A DNA stretch of 64,000 nucleotides from Leptospiraceae bacterium (lineage in GTDB: Bacteria; Spirochaetota; Leptospiria; Leptospirales; Leptonemataceae): the NCBI GenBank assembly GCA_040217195.1, contig JAVJNR010000002.1:256001-320000 (forward strand). Reading direction: 5' to 3'. The notes under the pieces were generated by a model, which saw only the letters and a program-made list of their open reading frames with translations, made no database searches and was not told the DNA's origin. Numbering within the stretch: the stretch's first letter is position 1; each line of letters opens with the position of its first letter. This document shows positions 31,001 to 38,966 of the stretch, piece by piece. A program made the translations under genes and the position numbers.

Positions 31001-31137
31001 CTTAACGGATTTGGCGGAATGTAGCTTTCCGTCGTGGGAAAGACTCTGAATGGCTCCGGCAATTTCTGCTGTAGATAAGAAGCCGCAATAAACAGGCCCA
31101 GCAGGCTCAAAGAAAAAACCAGGAAGCGCCGAATCAT
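28012..31137 (-). CDS. Fused SGNH/GDSL hydrolase plus MBOAT (AlgI/PatA-like) O-acetyltransferase
   Basis: N-half has HFGDS, YGVNES and DYTH. C-half has LPVGISFYTFQ, FFPQLVAGPI, DFSGYTDMA, FWRRWHISL and GLWHGA. Confidence 0.88.
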   Translation of the reverse strand: MIRRFLVFSLSLLGLFIAASYLQQKLPEPFRVFPTTESYIPPNPLRPFIQAYNDFSQFSSASDSRPQQPQSDKANDELTNTEAKDQEPKSVESRPILISGPDFDRLQTFFEALKGLEKVDPKGTETRTVRILHFGDSIMWGDNLSLKMKQLFQKDFMDGGRGLVNIIDSPSSELKEHDNETRRGFRIATIPFESFTMPLMPVLGFSGGSATPTYAKSVTSHTLPDASMAPWQRVRIIIGHPERLKNGDVTRPLTYLVQANVVKVDGSKSTIERNVTVQGNCSVAEIDIPESRKLELSVIPQKETIPFPIIDGLFLENTRGVSYSAIVKMGIHLAWMSMIPEDVLICGLKAANPDLLIYQYGVNESASLSSNYRGFTKEKYESQLREYFRRVRKALPETPVLIVGPFERLLPSAAGPKPSEAQLIVREVQMQLASEFKFAYFDSYEYLGGEGQMQTMFKNGEAISDYTHLTRSGGDRLAQGIYDALITHYLIYSGNLDSKNDFSISADFKDHEDLYSYQPRSITDRDASPGAIAFHSMDFAYFLFIVVLGATILLRYPALRLIFLILASYYFYASWKLWPVSLMLFSTVLDYYCGMAIARARERSGTAYGTGGIGGTYLLISLAGNLGLLFFFKYFDFVAHLLNQGFQASGWEITVPALGLLLPVGISFYTFQTLSYTIDVYRGTLPVEKNFLRFSLYVTFFPQLVAGPIVRASEFIPDIKKGIYHFLPNHTDFNLGVFQFLGGLIKKMTADWLAYGLIDRVYQNPEMFTSAETLIVFYAYGLQIYGDFSGYTDMALGAARLLGFRLTDNFNRPYQSASISEFWRRWHISLGSWFRDYVYISLGGNRFYMYRNLFITMFLAGLWHGAGIMFVAWGIYHGLFLMLERIPDAIRRRRSGSTGKDTALGNRENSEELGTISLKRNRDSAANLWLRRAITLHLVLIGWVLFRSHDVDQFLDFFGSLFPAEFFSSGQWSIPNTGWTYLLVVILAYMYHLTPVRFRQKAADLWDRTPLPVQLVSAFLLLTGLFQISVRDVQPFIYFQF

Positions 31138-31174
31138 GGAGCTTCCTGGATCTCATGGGAGCCCTGCAGGGCTA

Positions 31175-32236
31175 TCAAATTTTACGGAATCGGTAGTGGC
31201 TTACGAACCATTCGTTTCCATTTCTGGTGCCAAATAGTTCCTCGCAGGCCATAAAGAAGATCCTCCAGTATTCCACCCAGGGGGCTGCCTGGTCGGAGCC
31301 ATAGACTCCGTTGAACAGATCCTTGATTTCCTTTTTGTATCGGTCCATGTTATCCAGCCAGGCTCGAGCGGTTTTTTCATAATTTTGACCGTTGACCACT
31401 TGATGGTCTTCCAGTTGGAATCCGTCCGCGAAATACAAATAAAGATCATTGGAAGGCATAATGCCGCCGCTGAAGAAATACCGGCCCATCCAATTGGATT
31501 CACCCTCTTCCTCAAAAAAGTAGCTATATTCGCGATGTGCAAATACGTGAATGAACAGCTTTCCATTCTTCTTGAGCCAGCCACGCACTCGGGAAAAGAG
31601 CTCCCGATAATTGCGCATATGTTCAAACATTTCAATAGAAATCACACGATCGAAGCTGGATCGAATCTTGAAATCATTCATGTCTGCGGTGATCACTTTA
31701 ATGTTTTTTAATCCCTTATGCCTGGCTCGGTTTTCGATGTACTGCTTCTGGCTGGCAGAATTGGAAACAGCCGTAATTCTTGCCTTTGGTAACTTTTCTG
31801 CCATATACAGAGTCAAGCTACCCCAGCCACAGCCCAGTTCCAGAATGGACTGTCCGTTCCTCAGCTCTGCACTTCTGAGGTATCGGGCGAGCATCGCCTC
31901 TTCTGCGCCATCCAGATCTCGTATGCCACCTTCCCAGAGGCAGGCGCTGTATTTTTTGCGAGACCCCAGTACATAGTCATAGAATCGAGCTGGAACTTCA
32001 TAATGCTGCTCATTGGCTGCATCCGTTCGGACAGCGATGGGAGATCGCTCCAGCTCCTCCCGGAAGGCCTGAAAATGGGCCTGTTGCGCTTCGGCGCTTC
32101 CTTTCCATTCCTGCTTCAGTCGGGTGCGGTTTAGACTACGGATTCCCGTTCGAATCAAAAAATCAGGCACAATGCCACGGGCCAACATCCGATCTAGAAA
32201 TCCCGCCGAGGATTGTTCAGAATTCATCTTTTCCAT
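31175..32236 (-). CDS. SAM-dependent methyltransferase, CFA/CMAS-like family
   Basis: Motifs ANEQHYEVP, KYSACLW, LELGCGWGSL, ISIEMFEHMRN and WRIFFMAC. Confidence 0.88.
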   Translation of the reverse strand: MEKMNSEQSSAGFLDRMLARGIVPDFLIRTGIRSLNRTRLKQEWKGSAEAQQAHFQAFREELERSPIAVRTDAANEQHYEVPARFYDYVLGSRKKYSACLWEGGIRDLDGAEEAMLARYLRSAELRNGQSILELGCGWGSLTLYMAEKLPKARITAVSNSASQKQYIENRARHKGLKNIKVITADMNDFKIRSSFDRVISIEMFEHMRNYRELFSRVRGWLKKNGKLFIHVFAHREYSYFFEEEGESNWMGRYFFSGGIMPSNDLYLYFADGFQLEDHQVVNGQNYEKTARAWLDNMDRYKKEIKDLFNGVYGSDQAAPWVEYWRIFFMACEELFGTRNGNEWFVSHYRFRKI

Positions 32237-32443
32237 TCTCCTTTATCTGTATGAGGCAGACTGCCCGGGGGTTGCTCCGGATCCAGGGGCAGATCCGGAA
32301 ACCAGATACAGCCAACCTGACCCAAATATACCCAGGTTGTCGCGGGTTGTCAAAATAAAAGTCCAGGGTTACTAAAAAAGATTGGACGTTTCCTGGTTTT
32401 GCTCTTTCATTCGTCTCAGGTTTTAGACTCGATGTAGAAGGTT
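32237..32443. promoter_or_regulatory. Divergent promoter region with dyad and direct repeats (candidate operator)
   Basis: Intergenic region between divergent gene runs. Dyad CAACCTG-N13-CAGGTTG (32313-32339), GGTTGTC twice (32335, 32345) and dyad GTCCA-N17-TGGAC (32361-32387). Confidence 0.4.
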
Positions 32444-33925
32444 ATGAGCAACTCCAGCCCTGAAATATTACCAATTCGAACCCGTATGGGTTACGGAGCC
32501 GCAGAAATGGGCATTTTTGCGGTGGAGATGATGGTGCGTCTGCATCTGATGAAGTTCTACACCGATGTGGCCGGCTTAAGCGCTGGATTGGCCGGGATGG
32601 CCATTGCGGTCGCTATGTTCTGGGATGCCTTTACCGATCCTGTGATGGGAATTCTATCCGACCGAACCACTATGAGAATGGGTAAGAGGAGACCGTACCT
32701 ATTGCTGGGGAGTTTTGTCATGGCCCTGGCTTTTCTGGCCACTTTTAGACCTCCCATGCTGGATACAGAATCCGGTCGTTTCATTTTTCTTCTCATAAGC
32801 TATATAATTCTGAATACGGCCATGACCGTGTTGGCCGTCCCTCATTCGGCCCTGGGCGGAGAGCTTTCTTTTGATTCAAACGTCAGAACCTCAGTTTTCG
32901 CCTTCCGGCTGTTCTTTGGTAATATGGGCTTACTGGCTGGTACGATTCTACCCATTGTATTTTTGGATACCATCGCGCCTGCAATGGGAACCGGAGATAC
33001 TCCCGGTGTAAGAGATCCGGAGGCAGCCACCCAGGCCTATTTCTATGGAGCGGCCGTAATCGCCGGGCTAATTCTGCTGACTGGCTGGGTCAGTTACATG
33101 GCAACCGCGGGTAGAGACCGACCGGCCGAAAAGAGGCCTCCGTTGCGCGGAAAGGCCATTCTGAATGAAATCGGCCGGCTATTCCAGGTTCTGCGAAACC
33201 CTATCTTTGTCGTTCTTCTGGGTGCGTACTTCATCGCCTATGTTGGTGTTTCCATCAATTCTACTCTGGCTCTCTATTACTATGAATACAGGCTCAGACT
33301 GGATAGCGGCTCGGTGGGCATCATTCTGGTAGTTTTTATCATTGTATGGTCTGCATCGCTGGTATTCTGGACCTGGCTTTCACGAAAGGCTGGCAAGAAG
33401 TATCCAGGATTTGCCGGAGTATTCCTTCTCGGACTTGCAACCTGCATTACGTATCCATTCTTTCCTCCTGGCGAAATCCTGTATCCGCTAATCATGTCTG
33501 TGCTCGGAGGTTTCCTCGTAGGGGCCATTGTACTTCTGGATAGTCTGGTAGCTGACATTGTAGATTACGATGAGCTGAAGACAGGTGAACACCGGGAAGG
33601 ACTGTATTTTGGATTCTGGAAAATGGCTATCAAGGCATCCCGGGGAGTGTCCATGGCATTTACCGGAACTCTCCTGGCTGCCATAGGATTCCAGGCAAAT
33701 CAGATTCAGACCGAAGAAGTGAGCAATCGTATTGCAGTACTCTTTGGCCCGGGCGTTGGCGCATTCTTTCTACTGGGAGCCATTATCTTTCTATTTCTTC
33801 CCTACAGCCGGGCCATCCACCACAGGGTTCAGAATCTTCTGGTGCGAAAGAGAGAGCTTCGAAACCGCTTGCGTTCTGGTTCAGCCCACTTCCAATCCTC
33901 TGTGCAAACAGGAGGAACGGTATGA
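32444..33925 (+). CDS. MFS transporter, GPH/MelB-like family
   Basis: Motifs WDAFTDPVMGILSDRT..GKRRPY and ADIVDYDELKTGEHREGLYFG. About 12 TM helices. Confidence 0.92.
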   Translation: MSNSSPEILPIRTRMGYGAAEMGIFAVEMMVRLHLMKFYTDVAGLSAGLAGMAIAVAMFWDAFTDPVMGILSDRTTMRMGKRRPYLLLGSFVMALAFLATFRPPMLDTESGRFIFLLISYIILNTAMTVLAVPHSALGGELSFDSNVRTSVFAFRLFFGNMGLLAGTILPIVFLDTIAPAMGTGDTPGVRDPEAATQAYFYGAAVIAGLILLTGWVSYMATAGRDRPAEKRPPLRGKAILNEIGRLFQVLRNPIFVVLLGAYFIAYVGVSINSTLALYYYEYRLRLDSGSVGIILVVFIIVWSASLVFWTWLSRKAGKKYPGFAGVFLLGLATCITYPFFPPGEILYPLIMSVLGGFLVGAIVLLDSLVADIVDYDELKTGEHREGLYFGFWKMAIKASRGVSMAFTGTLLAAIGFQANQIQTEEVSNRIAVLFGPGVGAFFLLGAIIFLFLPYSRAIHHRVQNLLVRKRELRNRLRSGSAHFQSSVQTGGTV

Positions 33926-35775
33926 ACTTGAATGATTTTTTGCAACGTTATCCCTGGTCCAGATGGAACGTGGATCCAGAAAAAGAAAGAATCGTGGAAA
34001 ATCTCTGGATTTTCCCACTGGAAGTTAGTCGAGAAGATTTCTGGCCCTACATAGCAGATACATCCAGAACCAATAGCTTGCTGGGACTTCCAGAAATGAT
34101 TTTCGAAGAGAAGAATGGAAAGCTTTTCGGAAAGACCCGGTATGCAGGCATTCAGCATGAATGGGAAGAGGTGCCCTGGCAATGGCGTCGACCGGAAGAG
34201 CTGATTTCCGTGCGTCTGTACTCAAAGGGATTGGGCAGCATGGTTCGCGGAATTTTCTATCTGGAAGAATCCGGTGAAAACCGGACAAATGTACATATCT
34301 ATTTTGGATGGGTTGCCAGTGGTCTATTTGGCGCTCTATTTCTGAAAATCGGAACCGGAAGAATTAAATCCGGATTCGCAAACGTACTCAAGCAATACGA
34401 AAAAGAAATCCAGAGTTCAAAGACTAAAAAGCCGGCTGCGTTGACAACAATTGAGAAGCCAGTGATTGACCTGGAAGATAAGGCCAGAGCCATCGTGGAT
34501 CAGACGCGAAAGACCTGGGATAAGCAGGCAATTCCAGCGGAAGTGTCCGAGGCCCTGGTTCGAATTGTTACTCGATGGGACGATGTAGACCTGTATCGAA
34601 TTCGTCCATTGTCTCTGGCCGATCAGCTAGGTCTGGACAGCAGGGAGGTGATTCGAGCCTTCCTTTACGGGTGTCAGACAGGGCTATTTAATCTTACCTG
34701 GGACGTTATCTGTCCTCATTGTCGCGGAGTTAGAGAGGAAAAGGGCAGCCTGATGAAATTGGACGCCAGAGGCAGCTGCGACGTATGCGATATAGATTTC
34801 GATGCAACCGGCGAAGACAGTCTGGAAATTACCTTTCATGTCAGCCCATCGGTTCGGGACGTTAAGAAACAGTTCTTCTGTAGTGCAGAACCGGCTCGAA
34901 AGCCGCACATCATTCTGCAAGACCACCTACTTTCTGGAGAAGAGCGGAACGTAAACCTGCAACTGGATTCTGGCAGATACAGAGCAAGGCTCCAGGGAAG
35001 TCAGTCATTTTTCTGGCTCCAGTCCGATGACCTGAGCGGAATTCAAAGATATCGGTGGGAGGCAGGTGCAACGTCGACCGGAGAACCGGTAAGTGTTATC
35101 ACAAGGCCGGTCCTGGAATTAAAGAACTCGGATTCTAAAGCATTAACCTTCGTTGTCGATCGCAGCGATGCAGACAATGAAGTCCTGCGACCGGGGGATT
35201 TGTTTGCTCTGCCAGACTATCGATTACTGTATCCGGATGAAAGGCTCCCGGGAGATCTGAAAATAGACATCGGTGTACAGACCATCCTGTTCACTGATAT
35301 TGTCGGCTCTTCAAAAATGTATAATGAGCTGGGAGATACCGGGGCCTTTAAACGAGTAAGGGACCATTTTGCCTCCATCGGTGAAGTCATAGAATCTGGC
35401 AAGGGAGCGATAATAAAAACAGTAGGCGATGCTGTCTTTGCTGTCTTTGGAAACCAGGTCGATGCGTATCGCGCAGCTCTGGAATTGCGAAAGAGATTCG
35501 CAAGCACCGATGCCGCAGTTCAGATTCGCATATCATTGCATACAGGCCCCTGTCTGGCTGTGAACCTGGATACAGGCATCGATTACTTTGGAAACACTGT
35601 GAACCTGAGTGCCAAGCTTCAGGCATTTGCAGGCGCCGGGCAAATCGCATTCACCGGATCTGCTCTGGAAAGTTCCCTTGTAAGGGAGGAGCTTCGCAGG
35701 GAGGGATTGAGACCACAGGAGGTGGATTTGCCGGAGTCCATGAGCTGGATTCCGGACAAGGTGTACCGGGTATGA
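33922..35775 (+). CDS. DUF5939-type adenylate/guanylate cyclase with an N-terminal SRPBCC-like domain and a Cys cluster
   Basis: WDVICPHC...CDVC...FCSAEPARKPH in the middle region. Cyclase motifs LFTDIVGSS, IIKTVGDA and DYFGNTVNLSAKLQ. Confidence 0.87.
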   Translation: MNLNDFLQRYPWSRWNVDPEKERIVENLWIFPLEVSREDFWPYIADTSRTNSLLGLPEMIFEEKNGKLFGKTRYAGIQHEWEEVPWQWRRPEELISVRLYSKGLGSMVRGIFYLEESGENRTNVHIYFGWVASGLFGALFLKIGTGRIKSGFANVLKQYEKEIQSSKTKKPAALTTIEKPVIDLEDKARAIVDQTRKTWDKQAIPAEVSEALVRIVTRWDDVDLYRIRPLSLADQLGLDSREVIRAFLYGCQTGLFNLTWDVICPHCRGVREEKGSLMKLDARGSCDVCDIDFDATGEDSLEITFHVSPSVRDVKKQFFCSAEPARKPHIILQDHLLSGEERNVNLQLDSGRYRARLQGSQSFFWLQSDDLSGIQRYRWEAGATSTGEPVSVITRPVLELKNSDSKALTFVVDRSDADNEVLRPGDLFALPDYRLLYPDERLPGDLKIDIGVQTILFTDIVGSSKMYNELGDTGAFKRVRDHFASIGEVIESGKGAIIKTVGDAVFAVFGNQVDAYRAALELRKRFASTDAAVQIRISLHTGPCLAVNLDTGIDYFGNTVNLSAKLQAFAGAGQIAFTGSALESSLVREELRREGLRPQEVDLPESMSWIPDKVYRV

Positions 35776-35783
35776 GGTAGAAT

Positions 35784-36680
35784 ATGAAGTATCTGATTAA
35801 GGATCTCAGTAAATTAACAGGCTTTGACGGTGCCAGGATTCGAAAATGGCAGGAAAGGTATGGCATTCTGCGTCCAGAACGAGGGGCTAATGGCTATTGG
35901 TACTACGGAAATGAAGATTACATAGTGTTGCAGAATATGAAGCGGCTTCTGCAGAAGGGCGAAAAGCTGCAATCTGTGATTTCACTGGGTCGTGATCATC
36001 TGATTGGTATGATGGGTGCGGATGATTTCTCCGAGCATGAAATGTCACTCATTCAAAGAATCTCCTCCAATGAATTCTCCAGTATCGAAGAGGACTTTAA
36101 TGAACTCTATTCGCAGATGCCTTTTGGTCAGTTTGTTCGTGGTCCTATCCGGGACGCTGCAGTACTAACGGGGAGTGCCTGGGAAGCGGGCCTATTGTCC
36201 GTAGCCGAAGAGCATTCATTCTCTCGCTGGCTATTTACTTACATCTATGGAAAGACAGGTGCACTGGGCATTCCATCTGATCCTGTATGGCTGGTTTGTG
36301 TCTTTCCTGGAGATCCCCATGAACTGGGTGCGTTGATGCATTATGCGCTTCTGGTTTCGAAAAGGGTTCCGGCGAAGTACGCAGGGACTCTGTCCATAGA
36401 TCATATTATCGATGAAATTAAGAGGAACGGATACAGAAATCTAAGTCTGTCGATGATCATGCCTCAATCACCAGAAAAGATAGAAAGCATTCGCAGTCGC
36501 ATAAAGGAAAGGACCGGACTGCGAAAGGTTCTGATTGGAGGAAGAGGCTACAGGTCATCTTATTCGTCTGGAGAGGACGGTGATGGTCTTCAGTACTGTG
36601 AGCCGCCAGTGATTAATAAGCGCCGGAAAATCCTCCTGGAAAACATAAATAGATCAATAGAGAGCTCGAAGCAGGACTAG
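35784..36680 (+). CDS. MerR-family B12-binding regulator (CarH/LitR-type photoreceptor)
   Basis: MerR HTH (IKDLSKLTG...IRKWQERYG..RPER..NGY), W-x9-EH (WEAGLLSVAEEH), D-x-H-x-x-G (DPHELG) and a C-terminal IGG. Confidence 0.85.
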   Translation: MKYLIKDLSKLTGFDGARIRKWQERYGILRPERGANGYWYYGNEDYIVLQNMKRLLQKGEKLQSVISLGRDHLIGMMGADDFSEHEMSLIQRISSNEFSSIEEDFNELYSQMPFGQFVRGPIRDAAVLTGSAWEAGLLSVAEEHSFSRWLFTYIYGKTGALGIPSDPVWLVCVFPGDPHELGALMHYALLVSKRVPAKYAGTLSIDHIIDEIKRNGYRNLSLSMIMPQSPEKIESIRSRIKERTGLRKVLIGGRGYRSSYSSGEDGDGLQYCEPPVINKRRKILLENINRSIESSKQD

Positions 36681-36726
36681 AGGAAATTGCGAAATACTTA
36701 ATCAATAGCAATTAGAGGTAAATTGG

Positions 36727-38007
36727 ATGAGGGTAGGAATTGTTGGAAGCGGTATCTCCGGTCTCGGGGCCGCGTATCATTTAAAGACAAGATACGGTCA
36801 TGACGTTGAAATCTTTGAAAAGAACAGTTATGCAGGCGGCCATACCAATACCATACCACTGGAAGAGGATGGTCATCCGGTGGCAGTGGATACAGGTTTC
36901 ATAGTCTTTAATGAACGGACCTATCCAGAACTGATCAAACTATTCGCAGAATTGGATGTGGAGTCCCAGCCAGGGGATATGTCCTTTAGCGTCTGGAATT
37001 TGCGGAATAATCTGCAATGGAGTGGAAACGGTTTCTCAGGTCTCTTTGCTCAGAAGCGAAATCTAATGAATCCCCATTATCTGCGAATGCTTTCATCCGC
37101 GAAGCGCTTTTTTAGTGAAGGTGCGGAAGATACAAACCTGGACCCTGATCTGTCGATTGGGCAGTATCTCGGGGACAGAGGGTATTCTAAATATTTCTGC
37201 GATAATTTTGTAATCCCCATGGCCTCCGCCGTTTGGTCCACTCCTATGAAAGAGATGCTGGGTTTTCCCGCCGGATCTTTGCTGCGCTTCTTCAAGAATC
37301 ATGGAATGCTAGATATTGAGAAGACTGTGATCTGGCGAACGCTTTTGGGCGGTTCCTGGACCTACGTTAAAGCGATTCAGCAAAGAGCGGATCTGAAAAT
37401 TCATCTGAATCAGCCCACCCGAGAAGTGAGAAAAAACGAGGGTGGGGCGATGATTGTTACTGATTCCGGAGAACACCAGTTCGACGCAGTGCTCATGGCC
37501 TGCCATTCGAATCAGGCAATCGGCCTGTTTCCGGGTATGCCGGAAGAGCATCGAAACATTCTGAAGCATTTCAAGTACCAGAAAAACCAGGCCATTTTGC
37601 ATAGCGACGAGCGTGCGATGCCACCAAGAAAGAAGGCCTGGGCTGCCTGGAACTTCAAAGTCACTGAAGATGAGCGGACTTGCACAGTTTACTGGATGAA
37701 TAAGTTGCAGAATCTGCACAAGCAGGGGGCGCAAAGAGAATACTTCGTATCCATCAATGAATTCCAGAACATCGACGAATCCAAAATCCATCGGGTTATC
37801 AACTATGAGCATCCACTGTTTGATGTTCAGGCAGTGAAAAACCAGAAAGAACTTCTTCGAATCAATCAGGAAGGACCGGTCCATTACTGCGGTGCCTATT
37901 TTCGATACGGCTTTCATAAAGATGGACTGTGGTCCGGGCTCCAGGCGGCCAGATCTCTGAATGAGCGGTTGGTAGGTTCGGAGGCTCTTGCAGGACGCGG
38001 AAAGTAG
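36727..38007 (+). CDS. FAD-dependent oxidoreductase (amine-oxidase-like, UfaD-like fatty-acid desaturase)
   Basis: Motifs VGSGISGL, GGHTNT, VDTGFIVFN, YWMNKLQ and GAYFRYGFH. Sits next to DUF1365 and cfa-like genes. Confidence 0.87.
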   Translation: MRVGIVGSGISGLGAAYHLKTRYGHDVEIFEKNSYAGGHTNTIPLEEDGHPVAVDTGFIVFNERTYPELIKLFAELDVESQPGDMSFSVWNLRNNLQWSGNGFSGLFAQKRNLMNPHYLRMLSSAKRFFSEGAEDTNLDPDLSIGQYLGDRGYSKYFCDNFVIPMASAVWSTPMKEMLGFPAGSLLRFFKNHGMLDIEKTVIWRTLLGGSWTYVKAIQQRADLKIHLNQPTREVRKNEGGAMIVTDSGEHQFDAVLMACHSNQAIGLFPGMPEEHRNILKHFKYQKNQAILHSDERAMPPRKKAWAAWNFKVTEDERTCTVYWMNKLQNLHKQGAQREYFVSINEFQNIDESKIHRVINYEHPLFDVQAVKNQKELLRINQEGPVHYCGAYFRYGFHKDGLWSGLQAARSLNERLVGSEALAGRGK

Positions 38008-38027
38008 TCCCGAGTCGAGTATTGTCA

Positions 38028-38966
38028 ATGCAGGATCAGATTCTAAACAGCGTAATGTACAATGCCACTGTGTATCACAGAAGAATGCAGGTGGCCATAC
38101 ATGAGTTTCGCACCAGTATGTATACCTGGTATCTGGATCTGGATGAGCTCGATTCATTGAGCGAGAAGCATCCAATTCTTATTGGAGTGAATCGTTCGGG
38201 AATTTACTCTTACAGGGATTCGGATCACTTCCGATTCTGGAACGCAGAAAGAAAGGAAAATGCGAGCATCAATCCTGCAATTCCGGGAAAGATGCGAAGG
38301 AAGGAAAACTCAAACGCGAATTCAAAGAAGTCGGGAATTTCTGCTGCAGCTACTGGCGCCAGTCAGGTGCGCTCCTGGGTGAATCAGTATTTCCGCGAAA
38401 AGGACCAGCCAGAGCCCCATCGTGTTTTGTTGCTTACGAATCTGAGATATCTAGGTTATGGTTTCAATCCGGTGAGCTTCTATTTTGCTCTGGATCGGAA
38501 AGACCGACTCTATGCAATTCTAGCGGAAGTAAACAACACATTTGGAGAACAGAAGCCGTACTTGATACTGCTGGATAAGCCGGTGGAGGATTCTGAAGAT
38601 AAGCGAATCCATGCCCGGGCCTGGAAGAATTTCTATGTTTCTCCCTTCATCGACCGGGACCGAGAATTCGTTTTTCGCATGAAGAGACCAGGAGAGAAGC
38701 TCAGTCTCGGAATAGATACATACGAATCGGAGCAGCCAGTCTTGAGAGCGGCTTACTCCGGGCGACGAATGGCCATTACCCGAACAAGTATGCTTATGAA
38801 TATGCTTCGCTTTCCGTTTGTAACGATCAAGGTAATAGCACTGATTCACTGGCATGCTTTACGTTTATATCTGAAGAAAGTTCCATTTTTTAGCAAGGAA
38901 TCAACGGACAAACTAATCAGGAAAGATGAAAACAAAAGAAATGAGGTTACCCATGCTGCGGTCTAA
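38028..38966 (+). CDS. DUF1365 family protein (UfaO-like)
   Basis: Motifs VYHRR, LDLDEL, LGYGFNPVSFYF, AEVNNTFGE, KNFYVSPF and IHWHALRLYLK. Confidence 0.9.
   Translation: MQDQILNSVMYNATVYHRRMQVAIHEFRTSMYTWYLDLDELDSLSEKHPILIGVNRSGIYSYRDSDHFRFWNAERKENASINPAIPGKMRRKENSNANSKKSGISAAATGASQVRSWVNQYFREKDQPEPHRVLLLTNLRYLGYGFNPVSFYFALDRKDRLYAILAEVNNTFGEQKPYLILLDKPVEDSEDKRIHARAWKNFYVSPFIDRDREFVFRMKRPGEKLSLGIDTYESEQPVLRAAYSGRRMAITRTSMLMNMLRFPFVTIKVIALIHWHALRLYLKKVPFFSKESTDKLIRKDENKRNEVTHAAV

Noticed and set aside
36685..36713. AATTGC-N17-GCAATT dyad upstream of the FAD oxidoreductase
   Set aside because: A 6-bp AT-rich dyad in a 46-bp gap can arise by chance, and it does not match the motifs in the divergent promoter.
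37309..38175. 288-aa antisense ORF
   Set aside because: It lies opposite well-supported genes and has no protein-like motifs.
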